Below, one piece after another: positions 20,767 to 32,468 of a DNA stretch of 64,000 bases. Position numbers and translations under genes: made by a program. Origin of the DNA: an uncultured Gemmatimonadales bacterium (lineage in GTDB: Bacteria > Gemmatimonadota > Gemmatimonadetes > Palauibacterales > Palauibacteraceae); the NCBI GenBank assembly GCA_963783385.1, contig CAWANJ010000006.1, positions 128,001 through 192,000 on the forward strand, written 5' to 3'. The notes below the pieces were generated by a model. That model was not told the DNA's origin. It ran no database searches and saw only the letters and a list, made by a program, of their open reading frames with translations. Within the stretch, counting starts at the first letter, position 1. Every line of letters begins with the position of its first letter.

Positions 20767-21955
20767 ATGGACTCACGCGACGCCGCAACGACCCCGGCCC
20801 CAGCGGCCCACGGTCACCCCCACGCCCCGGCGGCCCACGCCCGGCCGGCGACCGCTCGGTCGGCCATTTCCTTCACGGCCGCCGAGCGGCTTCGCCTGGC
20901 GGGCCTGTACGGCTTCATCGCCCTCCTCCACCTGATCGGTTGGGGGCTGTTCCTGTACTACGCGTCCCGCTACACAGCGCTCGTGGGACTCGGCGCCGTG
21001 GCCTACCTGTTCGGTCTCCGACACGCCTTCGATGCCGACCACATCGCGGCGGTCGACGACACCGTCCGCTTCCTGCTCAAGGACGATCGCCGGCCCCTCG
21101 GAGTCGGGTTCTTCTTCTCGCTGGGGCACTCGACGGTCGTCGCCGGGCTCGCCGTGGTGATCCTGTTCGCCGCCGCGGCCGTGAAGCAGCACCTGCCCGC
21201 GATGCAGAACATCGGAGGCCTGATCGGAGCGGGCGTGTCGGGCACGTTCCTGTGGATCATCGGGATCCTCAACCTCCTGGTGCTGTTCGACATTCTGAAG
21301 GTCTGGCAGGGAACGCGGGCCGGCCATCACACGCACGAGCACGTCGAGGAGCTCCTGGCCCGCCGCGGCTTCCTGAACCGGCTGTTCGGCCGTCGCCTCC
21401 AGGGGGTCATCCGGCGAGAGCTGGCACATGTATCCCGTGGGGCTCCTGTTCGGACTCGGGTTCGACACCGCCTCGGAGGTCGGGCTCCTCGCCATGACCG
21501 CCGGCGCCTCGACCAGCGACCTCCCCTGGCCGGCCGTCCTCTCCCTGCCCGTCCTGTTCGCGGCCGGCATGTCGCTGATGGACACGACCGACGGCGTCCT
21601 CATGTGCAAGGCGTACGACTGGGCCTTCGTGAACCCACTGCGCAAGATCTACTACAACCTCACCACCACCAGCCTGTCGATCCTCGTGGCCCTGGTCATC
21701 GGCACGGTGGAGCTGGCCCGGGTGATGGTCGGCATGACGGGTGCTCGGGGACCGGTGGCCGACTTCCTGGCCGGCATCGACTTCGGGAGCCTGGGGTACC
21801 TCGTGGTCGGACTCTTCCTGCTCGCGTGGGCGATCTCCGTGGCGGTGTGGAAGTTCGGGCGCTTCGAGGAGCGGTACGGAGCCGCGCCGGTGGCGCATGC
21901 CCACGAGCACACCCACGAGGGCGGGCTCACGCACACCCACCGCCACTTCCACTAG
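20767..21955 (+). CDS. NiCoT high-affinity nickel/cobalt transporter, HoxN/NixA family (frameshifted)
   Basis: [32 protein letters not shown]; His-rich termini. Confidence 0.92.
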
Positions 21956-22118
21956 GGCCAAACGGCCCGGCAGCTTCGCACCCGGCGACGGAACCTTTGC
22001 GGGCGTGGCCACTAACCATACCATCCCCGGACGGCATGCGGTCGGCGCCACGCCTCGAAGGCGAGCCGGCCGGCCGGGAGGATCCGGTTGGCAGGTGGAC
22101 CGCGAACGGGAGCGAGCG

Positions 22119-23138
<1,020 letters not shown>

Positions 23139-23486
23139 GCTTCCGTTCTCCATGCCGGTGGCTTTTCGATAATGCGGAGCGCTCGGCATTCCCTGCACGG
23201 CATCCATGAGGTCCGGGAAGGCTGATCGCTTTACGGTACCGTCAAGCGCCCTTTCCATCGGGGAAAGAAGGACATCCGGTTCCCCCCAGCCCTCCGGCCG
23301 CTCGCTGACCCGCCCCCGCCGCGGCCTCCTGAACACGGTGCAGGATCGTGCAAGAAGTCTCGTGAACTGCGCCTGTCGTCGCCCACGGACCGCCGGCGGC
23401 GGCGGGCCGTCAGGCCATGGATGATTCGCAACAACGTCCTGCCTCACGGGGAGATGGGACGTCCACGGCCGTGCGCCTTCGGCAGC

Positions 23487-23501
23487 TGGCACCTCGGTTG
23501 C
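23487..23501 (+). promoter_or_regulatory. Sigma54 (-24/-12) promoter of minor-pilin operon
   Basis: TGGCAC-ctcgg-TTGC, exact consensus, about 90 bp upstream of first pilin gene. Confidence 0.75.
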
Positions 23502-23592
23502 CCCTCCGCCCGCTGAGCGCCGGTCCGGACGGAGAGCCGATCCCGACCCGGCCGAACGGTCGAACCGCCGATCCTGACACGGAGGTCCCTGG

Positions 23593-24213
23593 GTGCCCGT
23601 CCGATCTCGATGCCACACGCGTTCGAGCGACGCGGCCGATGCCGCGTCCCTCGCGGAGGTCGCCCACCGGGGCTTCACCCTGGTCGAGCTGCTCATCGCT
23701 CTCACGCTCATGTCGATCCTGGCCGCCGTCGCGATCCCCAACATGGGCATCGGGCGCCACCAGGCGGAGGCGGCCATGCAGACGCTGGGCTCGGACCTCC
23801 TGGCCGCCCAGCGCATGGCCATCACGCGCCAGCACGACATCATCGTCGAGTTCGACGTCGACCAGCGCACGATCCACATCGTCGACGACGCCAACAACGA
23901 CGGCACGCACCAGAGCGACGAGCACCAGAGCTCGCACTCCCTGGGTGACGGCGTGGCGTTCGGCCGCGGCGGCGCACCCGCACATCCGATCGGCCCGGGA
24001 CCGATCACCTTTACGCAGCGGACCAATGGCAATCCGAGCGTAACGTTCCACCGCGACGGCAGCGCCAGCGAGGCCGGCGGAATCTACGTCCAGTCGGCAC
24101 GCGACCTGGCCGCCGGGAGCGCCGATGGGGCGCGACTGCTGGTCGTGGACCGCGCCACGGGCCGGGCGTCCTGGTTCCGCTGCTCCGGTGGGGCCTGGCA
24201 ACGGGGGTTCTGA
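23593..24213 (+). CDS. Type IV minor pilin, FimT/GspH-like
   Basis: Prepilin motif RG|FTLVELLIAL; AQRMAITRQ; VTFHRDGSA. Confidence 0.85.
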   Translation: MPVRSRCHTRSSDAADAASLAEVAHRGFTLVELLIALTLMSILAAVAIPNMGIGRHQAEAAMQTLGSDLLAAQRMAITRQHDIIVEFDVDQRTIHIVDDANNDGTHQSDEHQSSHSLGDGVAFGRGGAPAHPIGPGPITFTQRTNGNPSVTFHRDGSASEAGGIYVQSARDLAAGSADGARLLVVDRATGRASWFRCSGGAWQRGF

Positions 24214-24605
24214 TGAAGGAAGAGCTCCGCATGGAGCGAGGCTTCACGCTGATCGAGGTCATGGTGGCGCTGGTCATCCTGGCCGTCGTCCTCCTCGGCC
24301 TGGGCGCCGCTACGGGTACACTGGTCAGTCGCGTCGCCGACAGCGGCCGAAAGGAGGTCGCCGTGGAGCTCACGCAGGACCGGCTGACGCGAATCCAGAT
24401 CGACCCCGCGTACGACAGCCTCGAGGCACGCTACGCCTCGACGGGCGATTCCGTCCCCGGCCATCCGGGCTTCACCCTGTCCACGAGCATCGTGCACTGG
24501 GGCGGCTCGAACCAGGCCGAGGACTACAAGGTGGTGACCGTGCAGGTCGACGCGATCGGCCTCGCCAAACCGGTGGAGCGCACGGTAACCGTGGGGGCGC
24601 CATGA
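24213..24605 (+). CDS. Type IV minor pilin, PilV-like
   Basis: RG|FTLIEVMVALVIL; overlapping stop/start with neighbours. Confidence 0.85.
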   Translation: MKEELRMERGFTLIEVMVALVILAVVLLGLGAATGTLVSRVADSGRKEVAVELTQDRLTRIQIDPAYDSLEARYASTGDSVPGHPGFTLSTSIVHWGGSNQAEDYKVVTVQVDAIGLAKPVERTVTVGAP

Positions 24606-25819
24606 CGATCCCGACCCAGGAAGCCGGCCAACGCCGGACCGAAGCGGGCTTCTCGCTCGTCGAGCTCCTCATCGCGCTCGTGGTCATGAGTCTCGTGACC
24701 GCGGCGGCCCTGGGCTTCTTCCGTGCCCAGAGCGCCGGGTTCCGCAGGGGCACCGAGCGATTCACGGTGATGCAGAACGCGCGATTCGCCGTGAACGCGC
24801 TCGAGAAGGACCTGCGCACGGCCGGCGGCCACCTCACCGATGGGCAGCCGGCGCTGGTCTACGCCGACTCGCTCACGGTGACGTTCAACGCGGACTTCGC
24901 CACCAACGACGCCAACGACGCCTTCGCCATCTACTACGAGCCGGAGGCCCCCGACTCGGCCGTGACCTCGCTGGGCGCCGCGGACGCCATCCAGATCCCC
25001 GGCACCACCTTCACCTATCCCGACACGACCTACCGGTCGGGCGGGACGGCGGGGGCGAAGAGCGCCGCCGAGACGATCACGTTCGTGTTCCGGCCCGATT
25101 CGACCACGGCCCGCGCGGACGACTGGGTGCTGCTGCGGCAGGTCAACGACCAGGCACCGGAGCTCGTCGCCAGGAACCTGCTCCGCTCGGCGGATGGCCC
25201 CTTCCTCCAATACGAGCACGAGATCACCCCGGCTTCGGGCCTGGCGTCGATCGATACCGTGCCGGCGTCGGACCTGCCGCTCGAGCACTCGGTGGCCATG
25301 CACGGGTCGCCGGCGGACACGGGCTCGGCAGCGCTCATCGACAGCGTCCGCGCGGTTCAGATCCGGCTCACGGCCACCAACGGCCAGCAGGGCGCCGACG
25401 AGCGCACCGAGGCCATGACGCGGCTGGTGCGCGTCCCGAACAACGGGATCACGGTCCGAAAGACATGCGGCGACGAGCCCATCCTGGGCACGAGCCTCAC
25501 GGCCACGCCGGGCAACCTGACCAGCGGGGACCCCCAGATCACGCTGACCTGGAGCGCGGCCACCGACGAATCGGGTGGCGAGAAGGACGTCGTCCGCTAC
25601 GTGCTCTGGCGGCGTCCGGCGGGCGGGAGCGAGTGGGGCGATCCTCTACTCAGCATCCCATCCGGACACAGCTCGTACACGTACACCGACACCCAAATCC
25701 AGGGCGGGAGCAGCTACGACTACGCCCTCGCGGCGCAGGATTGCACGCCCACGCTCTCGTCCCTGACCACGGCTCTTTCGGTGACGGCGCCGATGCCGAC
25801 GAGCCCGCCAGGAGGTTGA
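24602..25819 (+). CDS. Type IV minor pilin, PilW-like, with C-terminal FN3-like domain
   Basis: AG|FSLVELLIAL, QNARFAVNALEKDLRTAG; TLTWS...YTDT...YDYALAA. Confidence 0.85.
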   Translation: MTIPTQEAGQRRTEAGFSLVELLIALVVMSLVTAAALGFFRAQSAGFRRGTERFTVMQNARFAVNALEKDLRTAGGHLTDGQPALVYADSLTVTFNADFATNDANDAFAIYYEPEAPDSAVTSLGAADAIQIPGTTFTYPDTTYRSGGTAGAKSAAETITFVFRPDSTTARADDWVLLRQVNDQAPELVARNLLRSADGPFLQYEHEITPASGLASIDTVPASDLPLEHSVAMHGSPADTGSAALIDSVRAVQIRLTATNGQQGADERTEAMTRLVRVPNNGITVRKTCGDEPILGTSLTATPGNLTSGDPQITLTWSAATDESGGEKDVVRYVLWRRPAGGSEWGDPLLSIPSGHSSYTYTDTQIQGGSSYDYALAAQDCTPTLSSLTTALSVTAPMPTSPPGG

Positions 25820-25822
25820 GCC

Positions 25823-27726
25823 ATGCTGGATAATTCATCCCGCCCGACCAGATCCGCGCCTACCGGGCAGATCCCGCCCCTCCGGGAACCCGGAAGGGCG
25901 AGGAGGGCTTCGCGCTGCTCTTCGTGCTGTTGCTGGCCATGGCGGTGGCGGCGCTGGCCATCGGCGCCACGATGGTACAGTCGAACACGACGCTGATCTC
26001 GCGCTACCAGTCCCAGAACAGCGTCCTCGAGACGGTGGCCGACGCGGGTCTCGAGCAGGCGCGATCGGAGGTCAACGCCAACGATTCCCTGTACCCGGAC
26101 TCGGGCTACGACACGCTGGAGAACGAGGCGCGGGTGTACGATGCTTCCGGCAACCAGATTCCGGACGTCCGTCGCAGTATCTGGGTAGGACCCAGCGGCA
26201 TCACCACCGGCCAGTACGGTGTGTTCGGCAGCATCGTGGTCGAGGCGAGAGACTCGCACGGCAACAAGGTGGTCCGCCGGCAGGAGATCCGTCAGGAGAG
26301 CTTCGCCAAGTACGCCTACTTCACCGACATCGAGCCGTCGAACATCGCGTTCGGGAGCGGGGACCAGATCTTCGGACCGGTACACTCGAACGACTACATC
26401 AAGATCTACGCGTCGGGCGCCACGTTCTGGAACCACGTCACCACCGCCAAGACTGTGCAGGGCGCCCAGTACGCCAGCTTCCCGCAGGGATACACCGAGA
26501 ACGCGCCCACCATCCCGATGCCCAAGACGGCGGATCTGAACAAGCTCCGCCAACAGGCGCAGGCCGGTCACACCTATTTCTCGGGCGACAACAACGGCGC
26601 GCCCGGACAGGCCACCACCCGCATCGAGTTCCTGGCCATCGACCTGAACGGCGACGGCAAGATCAACGGCGACAACGAAGGCTTCATCCGCGTCTACCAG
26701 TCCTCCGACGCCGGCTGGGTCGTGGCCGACATGCCGGAGACGTGCTCATGGTTCGGCTGCACGCCGGCCTCGGACCTGAGGAGCTCCATCAACTGCGGCC
26801 ACTACCACAACCCCGGCACCGCCAACGACACCTTCGTGGTGGCCGCGGACCACCCGTCCAGCGGCGGTGGTGGCGGCGGGCGCGGCGGGCGCGGCGGACG
26901 TGGGGGCGGCGGTGGCGGCACCACCACGGACTCCTGGGTGGCGGCGGTCTCCAACAGCGGTCGGCGCTGCTACCTGGGCGGGTCCGACTCCCTGTCGAAC
27001 GGGTTCGTGGCCACCGACACCCTGGGCGGCTGGGTGGCGTGGAACGGCCCCTCCTACACGCTCCCGGTGAGCCGCGCCGACCACAGCTACCTGATGCCGA
27101 TCAGCCGCGCTCTCAACCCGGACTTCAAGGGCGTGATCTTCGTGGATGGCAACGTGGCGATCAGCGGCGTGCTGAGGGGAAAGGTGACGGTGGCCGCCAC
27201 CGGAGACATCGTGATCGCGGACGACATGACCTACGCGACCGATCCGGGCGCGGGGACCTGCAACGACCTCCTGGGGCTGTTCTCCGGCAACGACGTGGTG
27301 GTGGCCGACAACACCATCAACTCGCCGGAAGAGGGCACCGGCGCGTCCTCCTGGTTCACCTACGACGACACCAAGGACGAGTTCATCCAGGGCGTGGTGC
27401 TGGCGCTGAACCAGTTCACGGTGGAGAACTATCAGTACGGCGCCGACAAGGCGGAGGCCTGCGAGGGAACTCTGACGGGGCGCGGCTGTCTCTACCTGAC
27501 GGGAGGCATCATCCAGAAGACCCGCGGACCGGTCGGCACGGAATACGTCTACTCTCCCGGGGGCACGGGCTACATCAAGCGCTATTCGTACGACGCGTGC
27601 GCGGCCACGAGCCCCCCTCCGTACTTCCCGACCACCGGCCACTTCACGCGGGGCGTCTACTACGAGGTCGATCCGTCGAACTTCAGCGTCGCGTCGTTGT
27701 TCCAGAGCCTGACGCCAGGCTCCTAG
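25823..27726 (+). CDS. Large PilX-like minor pilin (one frameshift near 5' end)
   Basis: EEG|FALLFVLLL lacking Glu5; ADAGLEQA; SFAKYAYFT; GPVHSND; GYIKRYSYD...PPPYFP; GGAGG RBS before ATG 25823. Confidence 0.8.
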
Positions 27727-27758
27727 TCACCGCCGGGGCGGGCGCCCCGTCGACGGGA

Positions 27759-27992
27759 TCAGGACGCCCGCCCCTCTCGAATCGTCCGGACGACCTCCTC
27801 CGGGTCGGCGTGCCGGCCCGTCCGCTTCTTGGAGTACACCAGGCGACCGTCGACCATGACTTCGAACACGCCGCCTCCGGACGCGATGAGCTCGATCTCG
27901 GGGTCGTCGAACGCCTCTTCGAGCCTGGCCGCCAGCCTGGCGGCGCGGGGCCCGTAGTCTCAAACCGTGCAATACTCGATGCTCACCTTCAT
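27759..27992 (-). CDS. SelW/SelT/SelH (Rdx family) selenoprotein
   Basis: MKVSIEYCTV-U(TGA 27962-27960)-DYGPRAARLAA...IELIASGGGVFEVMVDGRLVYSKKRTGRH. Confidence 0.92.
27921..27953 (-). promoter_or_regulatory. Bacterial SECIS-like hairpin
   Basis: GGGCC-ccgc-GCCGCCA-ggc-TGGCGGC-ca-GGCTC; apical loop begins with G, 23 nt after the UGA. Confidence 0.7.
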
Positions 27993-28108
27993 CCTGATCC
28001 TCCGCGCTGATGCGTCTTCGGCGACGACGTCGCGGACGTGGGCCCACGCCCGCCTCAGGGAAGGACAGGGTGCGGGATCGCGGGCCCGGGGGCAACGCGG
28101 CGGCCGGG

Positions 28109-29273
28109 GTGCTGCTCCCTCACAACCCGCGCCTGCCCCGCGACCGCAGACTGCGTCCGCGCCGGCCCGCCATCCTGCTGGCCGCGGGTCTGGCGTGCTT
28201 CGGCCTCTCGCACCTGCTGACGCGTACGCCGGGCCTCGTCGAGGGCGTCTACGGCGCGGGGATCGGGCCCTGGATCGCCCTCGGACTCTCCCGAGCGACG
28301 GGCTGGATCCCCTTCCCCGTCGCGGAGGTGCTGCTGGCCGGCAGCGTCACCGCTTACCTGATCCTGTCGGGCTCGGGCCGGCCTGCAGCTCGTGCGGCGG
28401 CGACGGCGGCTCCGCAACGCGCTGGGGGGCGCCGCCCTTCGGGTGGTCGCTGACGCCGGACTCGTGGCCACCCTCTTCTACCTTCTCTGGGGCTTCAACT
28501 ACTCCCGTCCACCGTTGGGAAAGCAACTCGATCTCCCGTCGGGAACGGGAGCGGACACGGCGGAGATCGCGGTGCTCGCCCGGCAGGAGATTCGGGCCAC
28601 GAACGCGGCCTACCTGGCCATCCACGGGGTCTCCGACGCCGGTGTGCCTACCTGGATCGACGAGAGCCGGAGCGTCCTCAGGCGGGGCCTGGAGGAGGGC
28701 TGGCGCCGGGCGATCGGCGAGATCGGGCTTCCGGCTTCCCTCGCCCTGCCGCGGGGACCCGTCAAGCGCTTCGTCCCGCCCGACGTTCCGAGCCGCGTCG
28801 GCATCTCGGGCTTCTACTTCCCGTGGACCGGAGAGGCGGTCGTGGACGGGGGCGCGCCGGCGCTCCTGCTTCCCTTCGACATGCAGCACGAGAAGGCGCA
28901 CCAGCGCGGCGCCGCGCCGGAGAACGAGGCCAGCTTCCTGGGCTGGATGGCGGCGACACGATCGCCCGACCCGTACGTGGCGTACGCCGGCCACGCCATG
29001 GCCCAGCTCACCTTCGTGGGCATCCTGGCCCGACGGGACCGCCGGGCGGCCCGGGCGCTCGTCGCCGAGCGCCTCCCGGGCGTCCGGCGGGACATCCGGG
29101 ACTACGCCGATTACATCCAGCGAGTCGAGGTCCACGTGGCGGCCGAGGCCAGCCGCACGGTCAACAACGCCTACCTGCATGCGAACCAGGTCCCGGGCGG
29201 CATCGCCAGCTATGGCCGGGTGGCGCGACTACTGGTGGCCTGGTCGCGAGCACATGGAGGACATCTGCAATGA
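28109..29273 (+). CDS. DUF3810-like membrane-anchored putative zinc metalloprotease (frameshifted)
   Basis: LWGFNYSR, GISGFYFPWTGEA, HEKAHQRG, ENEASF; start approximate. Confidence 0.75.
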
Positions 29274-29428
29274 AGCGCGTGCCGGAGCGCCGCGGGCACC
29301 GACGGGCCCGGATGTAGCATTCGTACCACACGGTCGGGCGACCTCGCCCGTACCGACTCACCCTGTCCTATGGCGAAACACCCTTCAGGAGTGTAGGTTA
29401 GCAGGCCCTCGTCGAAACAGCCGGTGGA

Positions 29429-29443
29429 TGGCACGAGGCGTGC
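29429..29443 (+). promoter_or_regulatory. Sigma54-like promoter of tadE-tadE-tadG operon
   Basis: TGGCAC-gaggc-GTGC (GG-N10-GC) about 95 bp upstream of first tadE. Confidence 0.6.
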
Positions 29444-29538
29444 GCCTGATCGCGGGGCCTTTCACCTCCGAAGGGCCGGCCCGCGACGGGCCACCTTTCC
29501 GGCCCGGGCTGCCGGCGAACCGAAGGGCGGTCGAAGAC

Positions 29539-30036
29539 ATGGCGAGCAACTCAGCGTTCATCCCGATCGAGCTCCGACGGAGGGCGGGCGTACGTCCGGC
29601 CTCCCGCCTGGCGCGCTCCGCATCGGGGCAGAGCCTCATCGAGTTCGTGCTCGTCATCCCGATCCTCCTGCTCATCCTGTTCGGGATCATGGAGTTCGGG
29701 CGCTACTTCTACACGCGGCTCACCCTCCGGCAGGCGGTGGCGGAGGCCGCCCGCTTCGCCGTGACCGGGAACCAGCTCACCGACCCGGTCAGCGGACAGG
29801 GCCTGGGCCGGGCCAGCTCCATCGAGCACATCATCGAGCAGCGCACGGCCAGCCTGGGCGTGAGCCCATCCGACATCTCGATCTCGCCAGCCAATGGCGG
29901 AGCTCCCGAACAGGTGGTCACGATCAATGTGCACTACCACTACGACATCGCCTTTCCGTCGATCGCGAGCCTCGTCCCGAGCAGCCTCCTGGATTTCACC
30001 GTCAGCACCTCAATGCGCAATGAACCGTTCTACTGA
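29539..30036 (+). CDS. TadE-like pseudopilin
   Basis: SG|QSLIEFVLVIPILLLILFGIMEFGR...AVAEAARFA. Confidence 0.9.
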   Translation: MASNSAFIPIELRRRAGVRPASRLARSASGQSLIEFVLVIPILLLILFGIMEFGRYFYTRLTLRQAVAEAARFAVTGNQLTDPVSGQGLGRASSIEHIIEQRTASLGVSPSDISISPANGGAPEQVVTINVHYHYDIAFPSIASLVPSSLLDFTVSTSMRNEPFY

Positions 30037-30613
30037 GCCGGGGACGTCGCGCACTCGTCCGCGAGGGCGGATCCGGCCGCACCCGGCGAACACCCGGTCG
30101 GGCGCGGCGCGCCTGGCGCATCGGCTGGTCCGGAATCAGCGCGGCCAGGAGCTCGTGGAGATGGTGCTGGTGGCGCCGATCCTCGTCATCGTGCTGTTCG
30201 CGGTGTTCGAACTCGGGCACGCCTTCGACGTGGCCCACACGCTGGCCGGCCTCGCCCGCGAGGGAGCCAACATCGCCTCGCGGGGCACGGCGCTCGACAC
30301 GGTGCTGGGCGTCACCATGCACAACGGCGCCAGCATCGGCCTCGGGAAGGAGGGCGGCGCGGTGGTGAGCGAGCTCGAGGTTAAGGGCGGGGTGCCACGG
30401 ATCGTCAGCCAGGTGGCCAGCTCGGGCTATTCGGGCCACAGCCGTCTGGGAACGACCGGTGACCCGGCCTCGTCGCTGGCGGGGCTCGGGCTCGTGAACG
30501 GCAGGACCATCTACGCGGTGGAGGTCTTCTACTCCTACGAGCCGCTCACGCCCATCGGGCGGCTGGTTCCGGGCATGGTGCCCGGGACGGTGTACGATCG
30601 GGCCTTCTTCTGA
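30020..30613 (+). CDS. TadE/TadF-like pseudopilin
   Basis: RG|QELVEMVLVAPILVIVLFAVFELG...LAREGANIASR. Confidence 0.85.
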   Translation: MNRSTEPGTSRTRPRGRIRPHPANTRSGAARLAHRLVRNQRGQELVEMVLVAPILVIVLFAVFELGHAFDVAHTLAGLAREGANIASRGTALDTVLGVTMHNGASIGLGKEGGAVVSELEVKGGVPRIVSQVASSGYSGHSRLGTTGDPASSLAGLGLVNGRTIYAVEVFYSYEPLTPIGRLVPGMVPGTVYDRAFF

Positions 30614-30648
30614 GGCCCGGCGATCCAGGGACTGCGAGGGTAGCGTTC

Positions 30649-31935
30649 ATGTCCGACCAACGTCGTAGGAATCCTCGAAGGGCCCACGTGAGGCGCGTGA
30701 TTCGTGAGATGGGATCCGACCGGCGCGGAGCCGTCCTCGTCATGGTCGCGGCCCTCCTGGTGATCGTCCTCGGGGTCGCCGGTCTCGCCGTGGACCTGGG
30801 CCGCGGCTACATCGCCAAGTCGCGGCTGTCGCGGGCCGTCGATTCGGGCGTCCTGGCCGCGGCCCGCTCGCTGCGCCTCGGACAGAGCGTTGCCCGCCAG
30901 CAGGCGCTGGCCATGGCCCGGGCCAACGGCGTCACCAACACGGGTGCGATCAGCATCTCCTTCGGCACGAACCCCCAGGGCGAGAGCACCGTGTCCATGA
31001 GCGCCTCGGAGACCCTCCCGACGACACTCATGCGACTGCTCGGCATCAAGAACATGGACATCGGCTCGAACGCCACCGCGGCGATTCCGCCGGTGGACCT
31101 GATCCTGGTGCTCGACCAGTCCGGTTCGCTGGGTCAGATGGGCGCCTGGCGAGACCTGCAGAGCGCCGCCAAGCAGTTCGTGTCCAACTTCGACGAGTCC
31201 ATGGACCAGGTGGGGCTGGTCTCGTTCCAGATCCGCGCCGCCGACCAGTTCGACCTGGACCACTACTTCAAGAGCCCGATCGACGGCGCCATCGACCGGA
31301 TGACCTCCAACGGCGACACGGACACGGGCGAGGGGCTGCGGCTGGCCTACGACCAGCTCCAGCTCTCCAACGTCCGCGAGCATTCGGCCAAGGTGGTCGT
31401 GTTCTTCACGGACGGAAGGCCGACGGCCTTCCGGGGCGTGGTCGGGCCGGGAGGGCCCCAGAACGGCGGTTCGGCCCTGGGGCCGTTCACGGCGCCGAAC
31501 GGAGCCAAGTACGAAGACCGCGTCATGGCCGTCTCGACCACGCGCGCGGGCGGCCGCATGCGCGGATACTTCGATCGGCCCGACCAGCTGCCGATGAACC
31601 GCGCCGCCAACCCCAACGGATGCAGGAACGCGACGGTGTGCTGGGGCTGGACCGAGACCAAGATCCGCAACAAGGCCATCCAGAACGGCGGCGTCGTCGC
31701 CAACGCGATCCGGAGCCAGAAGGCCTACATCTACACGATCGGCCTGGGCAACCCCAGCGCCTCCGACCCGCTGCTCCAGCCCGACATGGGCTATCTGGCC
31801 GAGCTGGCCAACCAGAACGGGCAGGCCAATTCCTCCCAGCCCACGGGCAAGGCGTACTTCGCCCCGAGCAAGGACCAGCTCCAGCAGATCTTCCAGCAGG
31901 TCGCGCAGGACCTCCTGGTGCGGCTGACGCAGTAG
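30649..31935 (+). CDS. TadG-like pilus protein with vWA domain
   Basis: RRGAVLVMVA...GLAVDLGR...AVDSGVLAAA; MIDAS DQSGS, T, FFTDG. Confidence 0.88.
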   Translation: MSDQRRRNPRRAHVRRVIREMGSDRRGAVLVMVAALLVIVLGVAGLAVDLGRGYIAKSRLSRAVDSGVLAAARSLRLGQSVARQQALAMARANGVTNTGAISISFGTNPQGESTVSMSASETLPTTLMRLLGIKNMDIGSNATAAIPPVDLILVLDQSGSLGQMGAWRDLQSAAKQFVSNFDESMDQVGLVSFQIRAADQFDLDHYFKSPIDGAIDRMTSNGDTDTGEGLRLAYDQLQLSNVREHSAKVVVFFTDGRPTAFRGVVGPGGPQNGGSALGPFTAPNGAKYEDRVMAVSTTRAGGRMRGYFDRPDQLPMNRAANPNGCRNATVCWGWTETKIRNKAIQNGGVVANAIRSQKAYIYTIGLGNPSASDPLLQPDMGYLAELANQNGQANSSQPTGKAYFAPSKDQLQQIFQQVAQDLLVRLTQ

Positions 31936-31979
31936 GGAGGGCCGGGGCGGCGGACGGCGGTCGAGCGCCGGCCGATGCG

Positions 31980-32468
31980 TCAGTCGCCTTTCGTTTCCCC
32001 GGCCCGCGCCAGCAGCCGCCACTCCCTGGCCACGAGAACGACGATGAAAGCGTCCACCACGGTGAGGCCCCCCAGCCACACCGAGGGCACGGTCGCGAGC
32101 CGGTAGACCTGGTAGGCCAGGAACAGTCCCAGCACGACCAGGGCGATCGGGAACACCCGCCTCTTCTCGGCCAGGAGTCCTCCCACCAGCCCGAGCTTCA
32201 CGAGGCCATGCACCAGCAGGTAGGCCGTGACGAAGGCCTTGGTGCCCACGGACAGGTGCCTCGCCAGCCCGAGGAGCCCGTTGGCCACCAGGTCGCCCGG
32301 ATCCTCCGACAGCTCGCCCCGCACCAGGTGCTGAACGAGCACCGCGATCTGGTGCCGGCTCGCCACGGCCAGCGCCACTCCGCCCACTACCTCCAGGAGG
32401 CCGTCCAGTCCCTTGAGCCACATCCCGACCCGGAAGAGCTGGTGCAGGCGGTCCGGCTTGTGGCTCAC
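31980..32468 (-). CDS. DUF2127-like membrane protein
   Basis: KGLDGLLEVVGG, ELSEDPGD, YLLVHGLVK. Confidence 0.8.
   Translation of the reverse strand: MSHKPDRLHQLFRVGMWLKGLDGLLEVVGGVALAVASRHQIAVLVQHLVRGELSEDPGDLVANGLLGLARHLSVGTKAFVTAYLLVHGLVKLGLVGGLLAEKRRVFPIALVVLGLFLAYQVYRLATVPSVWLGGLTVVDAFIVVLVAREWRLLARAGETKGD

Noticed and set aside
29365-29425. Possible c-di-GMP riboswitch upstream of tadE (GGCGAAAC...)
   Set aside because: Lacks the GNRA tetraloop and GACGCAAA core of class I
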